Part shown: positions 9,654 to 18,146 of the stretch, in pieces | Layout: each line of letters starts with the position of its first letter | Position numbering within the stretch: position 1 is the first letter of the stretch | From: a virus | Taxonomy: Duplodnaviria; Caudoviricetes | Virus record (IMG/VR): IMGVR_UViG_3300025388_000010 | Coordinates: 1-35,957 of that record | Reading direction: 5' to 3' (one strand) | Length of the DNA: 35,957 nucleotides | Notes under the pieces: generated by a model | The model's input: the letters and a program-made list of their open reading frames with translations, nothing else | The model's database searches: none | What the model was told of the DNA's origin: nothing | Made by a program: the position numbers and the translations under genes

Positions 9654-9898
9654 GCCGTCCTATGCCAAGCACCATTGTTGTAGACATAGGTGGTGTAAGG
9701 GCTGGTGGTGGTATCGTAAAGGACTTGCCCCTGAGACCCGGCCAAGGTGCCCGGTGCGCCATTGTTGAAAACGGGGGGATAGACCGCGTTTACGTCCGTT
9801 ACGATGTCCTGAAAGAACCGCCTCCACGGCAAAGTCATTTGCCCGTCAGGGGTGGTGATCTTCACCGTGGAGTTCGGAACGCGAAGGAATGTCGTCAT
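9650..9898 (-). CDS. small tail protein (tail needle/gp26 position)
   Basis: Coupled to the tail hub gene; GQMTLPWRRFF N-terminus and a GQVLYD...YVYNNGAW fibre-type motif. Confidence 0.6.
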   Translation of the reverse strand: MTTFLRVPNSTVKITTPDGQMTLPWRRFFQDIVTDVNAVYPPVFNNGAPGTLAGSQGQVLYDTTTSPYTTYVYNNGAWHRTA

Positions 9899-11298
9899 CA
9901 GACCCGAGCCTCGTTGACCGAAACGCCTTCCACCGTGACGTTGACCGCGTCGGAGATGGCAAACTCAAACAGGCGTCCGGGCTGCTTGACGATGCCCAAG
10001 GACCTCCAGGTGGATTTGTAGCTGTAGGTTCCAACAAATCCCAGAGATCCCGGCGTCCAGCTCGTCCAGGTCCGTCCACCATCGTCGGAGTACCGCATTT
10101 CCACGATCGGATTGGGCGTGGAAGACGTGGCGACCCCTCTCACGCACTGTAACGAAACATTGTGGACTTTGTGAACTCCGCCGCCGACCCAGATGGAGGC
10201 CGAAACCACCACTTGCATGGAACGGCCATCGTCGGTGTGGTTCTTCACGTCCAGAAGATAGATCGATCCATCCTGGTGTGACCCCAGATAGATCATCTCA
10301 CCCTGTCCGGAGGCCACCGAGGCAAGGAACACGTCTGGTTCATACTGGAGGCCGGTATAGGTGCCCCACCGTGCCCACTCCTGCGTCTGGCAGTCGTAGC
10401 AGTAACTTTCCCCCAGGGAGGGAAGATTGAAGATATAGAACGCATGGCCCTCGACGCTGAAGACCATTGCCGTCAGTTGGGATATTGCGTCCCCGGCTTT
10501 TTGCAGACGGTCCTCGATGAAGGACGTGGAAATCCGGATCGGGATCTGCGAGGTCCGGTAAACGGTGAAGTTGTCACCGACCCAGAAAAGCGAGTTGTCC
10601 AGCTTCTTGACGGAGGCTTGGGAGGCACAGCCCCGCGCATAGGTTCGACCGGGGGAGAGGGCAAACGGAGCCGCCAGGGCTCCGGTATAGTCCCATATTT
10701 CCACAGAGGTCTGGCCGAAAAAATATAGCTCTTCAGCAAGGACGTAGGACTGCACGATCTGGTCGGGCGAGGTCTGAGCCGATGAGAAATTCAGGGCATT
10801 GATCGTCCCCGGCTGGCCTACGCTGGAGAAGAAGAACGTATCGGACCCCACCACCGGATAGACAAAAATGTTGTAGAGGACCGACACGCCGCTGAACGGG
10901 GGCAGGGGCGATACGAAGTCGTCAAAGGTCGCCTGAACCGTCAGCGTGGTGCCATCATAGATATAAAGCGCCCCACCGGAAACCAACGCCAGAAGCCCAT
11001 TGGCAGCGGCCATCTGCGGGTTGGTGGAATAAGCCACCGAACCGATCAGGGTGTTGTTGCGGTAAAACTCACTCCCCGAGACCGTGAAAAGGTCGCCGTT
11101 GAACAAACCAGGTTGCTCAAAGGACGCAAGGATCGGGCCGGTACCGTTTACATATAGGGGGGTGAGGCCGGGGCGAGCCGTCCTGATAGCTTCGGTCGGC
11201 CCGCCCGGTGACTTCTCGATATAGGCGTTGACGAGCCGCGTCTGAGGAAGATCGACCCTGGGGCGTCCGTAGTTGGCGGTCGTCAGGGAAATCTGCAT
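9898..11298 (-). CDS. tail hub / packaged DNA stabilisation protein (P22 gp10-like)
   Basis: 466 aa, beta-rich; SAQTSPDQIV...FFGQTSVEIW; YSDDGGRTW...WRSLG. Confidence 0.85.
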   Translation of the reverse strand: MQISLTTANYGRPRVDLPQTRLVNAYIEKSPGGPTEAIRTARPGLTPLYVNGTGPILASFEQPGLFNGDLFTVSGSEFYRNNTLIGSVAYSTNPQMAAANGLLALVSGGALYIYDGTTLTVQATFDDFVSPLPPFSGVSVLYNIFVYPVVGSDTFFFSSVGQPGTINALNFSSAQTSPDQIVQSYVLAEELYFFGQTSVEIWDYTGALAAPFALSPGRTYARGCASQASVKKLDNSLFWVGDNFTVYRTSQIPIRISTSFIEDRLQKAGDAISQLTAMVFSVEGHAFYIFNLPSLGESYCYDCQTQEWARWGTYTGLQYEPDVFLASVASGQGEMIYLGSHQDGSIYLLDVKNHTDDGRSMQVVVSASIWVGGGVHKVHNVSLQCVRGVATSSTPNPIVEMRYSDDGGRTWTSWTPGSLGFVGTYSYKSTWRSLGIVKQPGRLFEFAISDAVNVTVEGVSVNEARV

Positions 11299-11301
11299 CT
11301 A

Positions 11302-12018
11302 TCAGCCCGCGCTGACGCTAAGGACGCCCGCATTGTTCCAGAGAGCACCGGCGATCGCTGGATTGTTGGTCGGTAGATTGGGCATAAGGATCAAGCCGTT
11401 GATGCCCGTTCCGGTGCCAAGTGAAAACGTGATGTTACCGCCGCGACCGCCGCCACCGTTTCCGGACGTCAAAAGGAGATCGCCGCCGTCTCCAGCGCTG
11501 TTACCCCCTCTGATCAAGACGCCAGTGCCTACCGAGCCAGTAGAGTTTCCCGCTGCAACGGTCACGCCGCCGCCTTGAGCGCCATTACCGCCCGTGATCA
11601 GGACTTCGCCGCCATTCTGGGTCGGCGAATTACCGCCCGAAACGCCAATGTTGCCGCCGCCTGACGGAGAGCCCGGAACAGCAAAAATGTTGCCTCCGTC
11701 TCCACTGGGCGATCCTCCAGCGCTAAAACCCGCAACTCCGCCAGTGCCGGAAGTCGAATATCCGGCCACAACAAAAACTGCTCCGCCGCTGCCTGAAGTC
11801 GAGTTTCCACCGGCTACCGCAACACCGCCGCCATCATTCGTTGTCCCGGTGGCACCTAGAACATTGGCGTTAGGGTCGCCGTTGACCGTGCTTCCACCAC
11901 CGCCGCCACCGCCGTTCGGGAAGGTCGCGGGACCGCCATTCGGACCAATGAAACCATCGGCCACGACATAGCCGGTACCTTCATTGTTTGAGAAAGAAGA
12001 TCCACCCGAGACGGTCAT
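11302..12018 (-). CDS. glycine-rich repeat fibre-like structural protein
   Basis: Repeats of GGx(V/I)xxxxGxS; AAGGA SD before ATG 12018; C-terminal LPTNNPAIAGALWNNAGVLSVS. Confidence 0.7.
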   Translation of the reverse strand: MTVSGGSSFSNNEGTGYVVADGFIGPNGGPATFPNGGGGGGGSTVNGDPNANVLGATGTTNDGGGVAVAGGNSTSGSGGAVFVVAGYSTSGTGGVAGFSAGGSPSGDGGNIFAVPGSPSGGGNIGVSGGNSPTQNGGEVLITGGNGAQGGGVTVAAGNSTGSVGTGVLIRGGNSAGDGGDLLLTSGNGGGGRGGNITFSLGTGTGINGLILMPNLPTNNPAIAGALWNNAGVLSVSAG

Positions 12019-12029
12019 GTGATTGTTCC

Positions 12030-12467
12030 TTAAAGGACGGCGGGGCCAAACTGCCAATCGGCAGAGGTGGTAGAGATGAAAATGCCAACATTTTGGCTCG
12101 GCAGCGAAACAGCCGACGTGGATCGGTTGATCGTCTGACCCCCATAGGGGAACACGGCTAGCGCATTGGACGAGAAGCAGATCACGAAAACAAACGTCCC
12201 AGGAAGAACCGTGCTTGCGTCGGGCAGCTTCACGCTGTCAGCAGCGGTGGCAACCGAAACAATCGCAAGACCCGGCAGAAGCTGGGTCGCATTCGTCGCA
12301 CCACCACCCGCATGGGCAGTCACCGACCGTGGGGTGATCTGGAACGCATTCGGAAGCGGGGCGGGAAAGTAGGTCGGGGAGTTCGGGTTGGCGTTGTTCA
12401 GGGGGCCGACGAGGCCGTCAGTGCCGACATAGCCGGTCCCCTGATCATTCGTAAATGAAGTCGTCAT
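12030..12467 (-). CDS. putative structural (decoration/fibre) protein
   Basis: GAGGTG SD; TAHAGGGATNATQL...VATAADSVKLP...AVFPYGGQTIN motif seen in phage structural proteins. Confidence 0.65.
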   Translation of the reverse strand: MTTSFTNDQGTGYVGTDGLVGPLNNANPNSPTYFPAPLPNAFQITPRSVTAHAGGGATNATQLLPGLAIVSVATAADSVKLPDASTVLPGTFVFVICFSSNALAVFPYGGQTINRSTSAVSLPSQNVGIFISTTSADWQFGPAVL

Positions 12468-12601
12468 TTTTTCACCTCGGGCAGCGGGGGCAGCGGCTTT
12501 TCGGCCTTGAGAGCGTCCACACAAGCCCGATACCAAGCGCCAGAGGGGGCGTTTTGTTGCGGCGGCTGTTCGGCGCGGGGCGGCGTTTCTTTTGCGCTCA
12601 T
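12464..12601 (-). CDS. 45-aa hypothetical protein (not in the ORF track)
   Basis: MSAKETPPRAEQPPQQNAPSGAWYRACVDALKAEKPLPPLPEVKK; ATGA overlaps at both ends. Confidence 0.55.
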   Translation of the reverse strand: MSAKETPPRAEQPPQQNAPSGAWYRACVDALKAEKPLPPLPEVKK

Positions 12602-12840
12602 CGCCCGCCCTTCCGATTATGCGTGTAACACGCCTTCGAGGAGATGCCCGGAGCGCAGGACCAGCCGGTCTCGGTCTGTTTCTGACCGATATTGACCGTG
12701 CGGGGGGTCGCCATCGCCGGAATGCCCATTGCGATCGATTTGTGATAGTTGATCGCCTTGTTGGTCCCGGGCGTCGGACCCGGCGTGTTGAAGATGTTGG
12801 CCGATCCAGAACGACCGGCCTTGGTTTTCATAGAGGACAT
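12598..12840 (-). CDS. small basic hypothetical protein
   Basis: 80 aa, almost no acidic residues; AAAGG SD; coupled to the next gene. Confidence 0.6.
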   Translation of the reverse strand: MSSMKTKAGRSGSANIFNTPGPTPGTNKAINYHKSIAMGIPAMATPRTVNIGQKQTETGWSCAPGISSKACYTHNRKGGR

Positions 12841-12879
12841 GGGGAGCCTTTCAAGGCCGGTCGCTGGAAGGGAAGGCGA

Positions 12880-13401
12880 TTAAGCCTTGTGGCCGTGGTG
12901 GTGAACGTGGTGGTGAACGTGCACGACCTTGTGGGCCTCATGCTTGCCACCGTGCATGGCGGTATGCGCCTTGTGGCCACGGTGTTCGGCCATCTTTTCA
13001 GCCTTCATGACCGCACCGCGCTCATGCATCTTCGGCTGGTGGGCCTTGGCCTTATGCTCATGACGCTCTTCGCGCATGTGAGCGGCGTGGCCGGTCTTCT
13101 TCTTCGCCATATGCTCACGATGAGCGGCGGTCTTGTGTTCCTTGTGCATCTCGCTTTTCCTTTCATCGCCCTTCATTGGGCTTTCACCATCATGGTGACC
13201 GGCCCCCAGGATGCGGTTGGCCTTGGCCTTGATCTTCTCAGCCGAGCCTTCCGACAACTTGCCCGCCTTCACCATCTGCGTCGCCCGCGCTTTTGCGTTG
13301 GCGGCATGGCTCTTGTCGGGCATGGGGTATTTGCGTTCGCCAGGCATACCAAAGGTAGAGGCTTTCAAGCGGTTGCGCCGGTTTGCGTTGAGAGTTGCCA
13401 C
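12880..13401 (-). CDS. basic protein: DUF6582-like N-terminus plus His/Lys-rich C-terminus
   Basis: RNRLKASTFGMPGERKYPMPDKSHAANAKARA motif; 27 His counted, ending HVHHHVHHHGHKA. Confidence 0.75.
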   Translation of the reverse strand: MATLNANRRNRLKASTFGMPGERKYPMPDKSHAANAKARATQMVKAGKLSEGSAEKIKAKANRILGAGHHDGESPMKGDERKSEMHKEHKTAAHREHMAKKKTGHAAHMREERHEHKAKAHQPKMHERGAVMKAEKMAEHRGHKAHTAMHGGKHEAHKVVHVHHHVHHHGHKA

Positions 13402-13470
13402 AGCGGTCTCCGTTCTGATTACCCAAGGGCAACGGTTGCGAGGGTATACCGATTGATCCGTACCCGCAAG

Positions 13471-13698
13471 TTAGCGGGGTTGGACCATCGGGGGTCTGTA
13501 TTGCAGCAGTTGAATGCTGCGCTCGTTCTCCATGTAGAGCTGCACCAGCGCCCAGCCCGTAATGGCGACAACCAAGGCCCATGCACCCTTGGTCAGAGAT
13601 TGGAGCTGTTCTTCCATCTTGTTCACCTTGGCATATAGCGTTTGGATGTCGTTTTCCATGACGGCCACTCGTTCACCCAGAGTTCTCTCGGTAGTCAA
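13471..13698 (-). CDS. coiled-coil plus single-TM protein (XhlA-like/holin candidate)
   Basis: ERVAVMENDIQTL...LTKGAWALVVAITGWALVQLY. Confidence 0.55.
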   Translation of the reverse strand: MTTERTLGERVAVMENDIQTLYAKVNKMEEQLQSLTKGAWALVVAITGWALVQLYMENERSIQLLQYRPPMVQPR

Positions 13699-13745
13699 GC
13701 TCAGCCCCCCAGTCGGCGCAATGAAGCGTCAGTTACATTCTACTC

Positions 13746-14006
13746 TCAGGTTGGCCCCATAGCCACGATCTGCGTCGCCGTGGTCCCGGTGGAAAGCACC
13801 TTGCTCACCTGGACCCAGATGTACGAACCCGCCGGAACCGCCTTGAAGATCACCGAGGTCGGAGACGGCTTCCCATTCTGGGCGAAAGGCAGGACCGCCA
13901 CATCTCCGGTGCCCCCGACATAAAGGTAGAAGGCATTCAAGACCGTCGTGTTCGACGGCGTGACCGCATAGGCATTGATGGGCAGGAGGGATGCGTTGAA
14001 GGCCAT
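13746..14006 (-). CDS. head spike base protein, RCAP_rcc01079-like
   Basis: AYAVTPSNTT...LYVGGTGDVAV...VIFKAVPAGSYIWVQVSKVLSTGTTATQIVA matches the GTA spike-base pattern. Confidence 0.75.
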   Translation of the reverse strand: MAFNASLLPINAYAVTPSNTTVLNAFYLYVGGTGDVAVLPFAQNGKPSPTSVIFKAVPAGSYIWVQVSKVLSTGTTATQIVAMGPT

Positions 14007-14008
14007 GT

Positions 14009-14728
14009 CTATCTCCAGAATTTGCCAGAGCCCCGTTTACCCCAGGGACGTATCATCACTGAGGTCGGGCGATCGAAGTTGAGTAGCTTGCCGTAGAAAA
14101 CCTGAGCCCGCTGCTGGATGTTCTGCGACGTGGCCGGGTCGGCCATTGCCACGGCTTCGTCATCCATCAGGCGATCCGCGAGGTTATAGATCACCCCTTC
14201 GGTCCATTCGTTGGGAACGTCCACCGGATCGGTCGGGACAAGGACGTTGTTCACCGACCGGCCCACCGTGCAATTCAACGTCCCGCCATAGGTGGGAGGA
14301 GGCCAGAGATAAAGGTTGGAGGCGTTTTCCTGTTTGTCGAACATCACCACTGACGGCCCCGAGGTTGTCCCGGCGAGCTTGTTCGGAAGGGTCTGATAAT
14401 CGACGTAGGTAAATATGCCCATAGGCCGCTCAAAAAGGTTCGGGGCGGGCGTTACCACCCACCGACCCTCTTCAAAGCCCATGATGAGCGGGGTAATGGA
14501 AACTGGGTTCCCCGGGACGCCCTGCATGGCACCCACCGTCAGAGACAGCTGGGTCTGGCGGTAGAGGTTGATGCCATCGGCTTGCCAGCCCATGAGCATG
14601 GCATTCAGGGCTATGATCCCTTGGGTAAACTGATCGTCGGTCGGCACTCCCCCAGACGGCAGCACACCCAAGATCCGATAGGCCCGGGTGATGAACTGAC
14701 CAGCATTGAGGGAAAAGGTTGTGGTCAT
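14009..14728 (-). CDS. head-to-tail adaptor (P22 gp4-like)
   Basis: ITRAYRILGV...GIIALNAMLMGWQADG...LYLWPPP...EWTEGVIYNLADRL. Confidence 0.78.
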   Translation of the reverse strand: MTTTFSLNAGQFITRAYRILGVLPSGGVPTDDQFTQGIIALNAMLMGWQADGINLYRQTQLSLTVGAMQGVPGNPVSITPLIMGFEEGRWVVTPAPNLFERPMGIFTYVDYQTLPNKLAGTTSGPSVVMFDKQENASNLYLWPPPTYGGTLNCTVGRSVNNVLVPTDPVDVPNEWTEGVIYNLADRLMDDEAVAMADPATSQNIQQRAQVFYGKLLNFDRPTSVMIRPWGKRGSGKFWR

Positions 14729-14730
14729 TT

Positions 14731-15531
14731 TCAGTTTCCCAGATACTTTCCGAAAAATAACATATTTTCATATTGAACATAGCTAGTGCCTACGCTTCTA
14801 GGGTAGGCATCCGCACATAAAAGCCATATTTTTTGCCCCGCATTAGCGTGAACTATAGTTGTTCCCGCTACATATAAACTGGGCGCGGCTTTATTAGTGC
14901 CATAATTTGTTATGGGCGGTAGGCTGTTATTTACCGTGAAACTATTTCCGGCAAGGCCGTTTTGCGGAGTAGTCCCAACCACCAGAACGATCCCGACCTC
15001 AATGAACACATTGGTGGAAGGCAGAGAGGTGGCATCGGCGCTATCAACCTGGGTCGTGAAATAGCCCACGGCACCAATTTCGTAATAGCCCGTTGTCGGT
15101 GCCACATAATAAATCGTCGTACCAGCCACCCCGGGAAACGGATTGCCAAACGCCAGCCCGTTGGCGGTGTCAAAGCTCGTCGTCCAGGTTGTTGCGGGAG
15201 CCGTTGGGGGAAGTCCGGTGAAGGGCAAAGACGTTTGGGAAGCGAAGGTGCCAAACGTTGAAAAGCCGACAAACGACGATGAACCGCCACCTGGGATATT
15301 GACGGTCACGTTGCCGGTGCTGGCGTCCGTGACGGTCACCCCGCTCCCAGTAAAGTTCAAGGTCGTGGTTGCAGCATCGACAACCGTACCGCCCTGCTTA
15401 ACTGTCAGGGCGCTCCCGCTGGAGATGGTGGAATATTCTGCATACATGGTGCCCTGACCCAAGCGGTCGATGACAAACGCATCGGTAGCGATCAGGCTGG
15501 TGGCTTGTGGGTACTGGCGAAACTGAGGCAT
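14731..15531 (-). CDS. fibre/receptor-binding protein, short paralog (C1q/TNF-like tip possible)
   Basis: N-terminus shared with 15541..17547; YVAPTTGYYEI motif; beta-rich C-terminus. Confidence 0.65.
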   Translation of the reverse strand: MPQFRQYPQATSLIATDAFVIDRLGQGTMYAEYSTISSGSALTVKQGGTVVDAATTTLNFTGSGVTVTDASTGNVTVNIPGGGSSSFVGFSTFGTFASQTSLPFTGLPPTAPATTWTTSFDTANGLAFGNPFPGVAGTTIYYVAPTTGYYEIGAVGYFTTQVDSADATSLPSTNVFIEVGIVLVVGTTPQNGLAGNSFTVNNSLPPITNYGTNKAAPSLYVAGTTIVHANAGQKIWLLCADAYPRSVGTSYVQYENMLFFGKYLGN

Positions 15532-15540
15532 TGGTTTCCC

Positions 15541-17547
15541 TTAAGATTGCGCCCAATAGAAAATCGTTGCCTGTCCATGGGTTCCAGAAGGCGGCGCTTG
15601 GCCGCTTGTATATGTGTTGTTAATGCAGAAGCCCACGGCTGTAATTGTGCCAAGATATGCCGTTATGGACTCCTGATAAAACGCCAGCCATGAATACCCA
15701 TTAAGCGAATATGAGTAAGTCAGATTTGTTCCGTTATTTGTAACACGGAAAAACGGATACATTTGTCCGGTCTGCCAGAATGGTTGACCGTTATAGGTCG
15801 TGTTGTTCGCCCAATAGTCGATCTTTACACCACCAGTGCCTTGCGCAGCATTGCCTATGGTTACAACTTTTGTCCCGTCGGTCAGGAACAATCCCGCAAT
15901 CATATTTGCCTGTTGAATGAGTGGAGAACTCATTCCCAGGGTGAATGTGTAGGGCGTGGAACCCGGTACTGAAACGCCGTACCCAGTGATGTTGTCGCTG
16001 TTGCCGAAAGTGCCGCTGTCGAACAGCACACCCACTCCCGCTTGGGTCGTCTTGCTCGTTGGCGACCCCAGCGTATAGGTGAAGGTAGAGGCAACCGGCA
16101 CATTGGCCAGTGCTGGAATGCTCGGCAGTGGCCCAACCTGTTGCCAGCCGCCATTGTCGTAAATGTATGGCGCGTAGGAATTGGCGCTGTCGTAATAGCG
16201 ATAACCCTCTTGAGCCGCGATCAACGGTGCTCCACCGGCAATCGTGGTCGTTTCTCCGGTAACCATGTTGGCCCCGGCCACGTTGTCCACGAACACCGAG
16301 CAGATGTAATAGTCGCCCGACACATTGTAGGCGATCGACTGAGCGCCCGCCGTGCCGACCGTGGCGGTGTAGATCGCCGCCTTGATGTCTGCGAAAGTGT
16401 TGGTCTGCTGAAGCGTTCCGGGCGTGACCGAAGTGATGTTGCCGGATCGGACCGTGGCAAAATGCACCCCGAGGTCATTGACCTGAACCGTGTTCGCACT
16501 GGTAAGCGTGGTGCTGCCATCGGCATTGCCTTGGGTGTCGCGGACGGTTGCAGCACCCTGAAACGTCACCATCTGGCAGATGGCGTTATAAGAATTGTTG
16601 AAGGCCACCGTCACATACCCGGTCGCAATATCGCCCGAGGTCAGCGTCTTGCTGAAGGTCGCGCCCTGAATACCGGAAGCGCCCGCACTGTTCAGGGAAG
16701 TCCATCCGGATGGCGGACCAGAGGGTCCATAGCCGCCCGCACCGTTCAGGATTGCAAAATCACCCGCGACCGTTCCGGCGGGGAAAGGTACGTTGAAGCT
16801 GTTGGAAGATCCGGAGACATAGGAATATCCCCGCACCGGAGGCGGCACCAATGTGGCAACGGCATTGTAGATCGAAATGTTGGCAGTCGTGCCGCTTCCG
16901 GTGACAACCGCACCCTGCTGAAAGTTCAGCGTGGTGAGCCCGGTGACAACCGTGGACCCGGCTTGCTGCACGTTGATGGACGACCCGCCGCCGCCAGAAG
17001 CGTTGATGGTCTGGTTTGGCCATGAACCCGTGATCGTGACATTGGTGCCCGGTACCAAAGAGGGAGTTGCGGTGCCCGTTCCCCCGTTGGCAACCGCAAG
17101 GGTGCCCCCAGCGGTGATGGTCCCGGAGGTAGTGACTGGGCCACCCGTAAAGGTGAGGCCCGTTGTTCCCCCGGAAACATCCACCGAGGTCACGGTTCCG
17201 GACCCACCGCCACCGCCCGTGGCATTGATTGTCTGGTTCGGCCATGTTCCGGAAATGGAGACATTGGTTCCCGCCACCAGTGAAGGCGTTGCGGTGCCGG
17301 TGCCGCCATTGGCAATGGCGAGCGTTCCGCCAAGGGTCAGGGTGCCATTGGTCGTGATCGGCCCACCCGTGAAGGTAAGCCCCGTTGTCCCACCACTGGC
17401 ATTTACCGACGTTACGGTTCCACCGCCGCCACCGATCGTGAGGTTGCTATACTCGATATAGAACGTGCCCTCGCCCAAACGGTCGATTATGAAGGCGTCG
17501 GTCGCATCCGGAATAAAGACCTGGGGGTACTGGCGGATCTTGGGCAT
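15541..17547 (-). CDS. fibre/receptor-binding protein, long paralog
   Basis: Gly/Thr-rich; TLAIANGGTG repeats; lectin-like C-terminus (FRVTNNGTNLTYSYSLNGYSW). Confidence 0.75.
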   Translation of the reverse strand: MPKIRQYPQVFIPDATDAFIIDRLGEGTFYIEYSNLTIGGGGGTVTSVNASGGTTGLTFTGGPITTNGTLTLGGTLAIANGGTGTATPSLVAGTNVSISGTWPNQTINATGGGGGSGTVTSVDVSGGTTGLTFTGGPVTTSGTITAGGTLAVANGGTGTATPSLVPGTNVTITGSWPNQTINASGGGGSSINVQQAGSTVVTGLTTLNFQQGAVVTGSGTTANISIYNAVATLVPPPVRGYSYVSGSSNSFNVPFPAGTVAGDFAILNGAGGYGPSGPPSGWTSLNSAGASGIQGATFSKTLTSGDIATGYVTVAFNNSYNAICQMVTFQGAATVRDTQGNADGSTTLTSANTVQVNDLGVHFATVRSGNITSVTPGTLQQTNTFADIKAAIYTATVGTAGAQSIAYNVSGDYYICSVFVDNVAGANMVTGETTTIAGGAPLIAAQEGYRYYDSANSYAPYIYDNGGWQQVGPLPSIPALANVPVASTFTYTLGSPTSKTTQAGVGVLFDSGTFGNSDNITGYGVSVPGSTPYTFTLGMSSPLIQQANMIAGLFLTDGTKVVTIGNAAQGTGGVKIDYWANNTTYNGQPFWQTGQMYPFFRVTNNGTNLTYSYSLNGYSWLAFYQESITAYLGTITAVGFCINNTYTSGQAPPSGTHGQATIFYWAQS
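16985..17433 (-). repeat. two tandem ~74-aa (222 bp) repeats in the fibre gene
   Basis: GTVTSV(N/D)xSGGTTGLTFTGGP...GGTLAxANGGTGTATPSLVxGTNVxIxGxWPNQTINAxGGGG occurs twice. Confidence 0.9.
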
Positions 17548-18125
17548 TAACCGGCTCCAGGGACAGTCGGGGCGGGAATGACCCCGGTCTTGAAGGTGAT
17601 ATCATCCTGGATGACATTTGCCCCAGTCGGGACTGTCTGGCCGGGAAGGGTCGGGATAGGCGGCAGAGGCGGGGGCGGGCTTACCGGACCCACATCAAAC
17701 AGCCCCCCATCATCTGCAATGACCGGCTCATCGTTGTCATCGATGAACTGAAATTCCACGTAGGGGATCGGATCTTCGATAAATTCCTTCGGAGACAAGG
17801 CACCGATCGGAAGCGTCTGCCCATTGGGCATCAGCGGAGGCCCACCATTGGGAGCAAAAATTCCGCCCGTTGCCGGATGCAGATAGGTATCGTCCGAAAG
17901 CCTGTCAGGATTGTCCTGAGGTGGCCTCGCATCGAAGAACGGAATGCCTTCCGGATAGACGTTCGGAGGCATCATCTGAGGCGGACGGGGATCAATGCAG
18001 ACGGGACAGACCCTGAGGTTCGTCCACTCTGTCAGCATGTCCCCCCGACGCCACCGCTGGGAGCAGCGGTCACAGGTAAACCATGCGTTGCCTGAACGCC
18101 AAGTATTGACGGTCGCGCACCGCAT
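17547..18125 (-). CDS. conserved hypothetical head-region protein with CxxC...CxxC motif
   Basis: FTCDRCSQRW...EWTNLRVCPVCIDPRPPQ; Pro-rich C-terminus; follows the major capsid gene. Confidence 0.7.
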   Translation of the reverse strand: MRCATVNTWRSGNAWFTCDRCSQRWRRGDMLTEWTNLRVCPVCIDPRPPQMMPPNVYPEGIPFFDARPPQDNPDRLSDDTYLHPATGGIFAPNGGPPLMPNGQTLPIGALSPKEFIEDPIPYVEFQFIDDNDEPVIADDGGLFDVGPVSPPPPLPPIPTLPGQTVPTGANVIQDDITFKTGVIPAPTVPGAG

Positions 18126-18146
18126 GGCTCACCCCTTTGCGCCTGA

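Noticed and set aside
14731-17547. Diversity-generating retroelement acting on the fibre tips
   Set aside because: No reverse transcriptase and no adenine-mismatched template/variable repeat pair was seen
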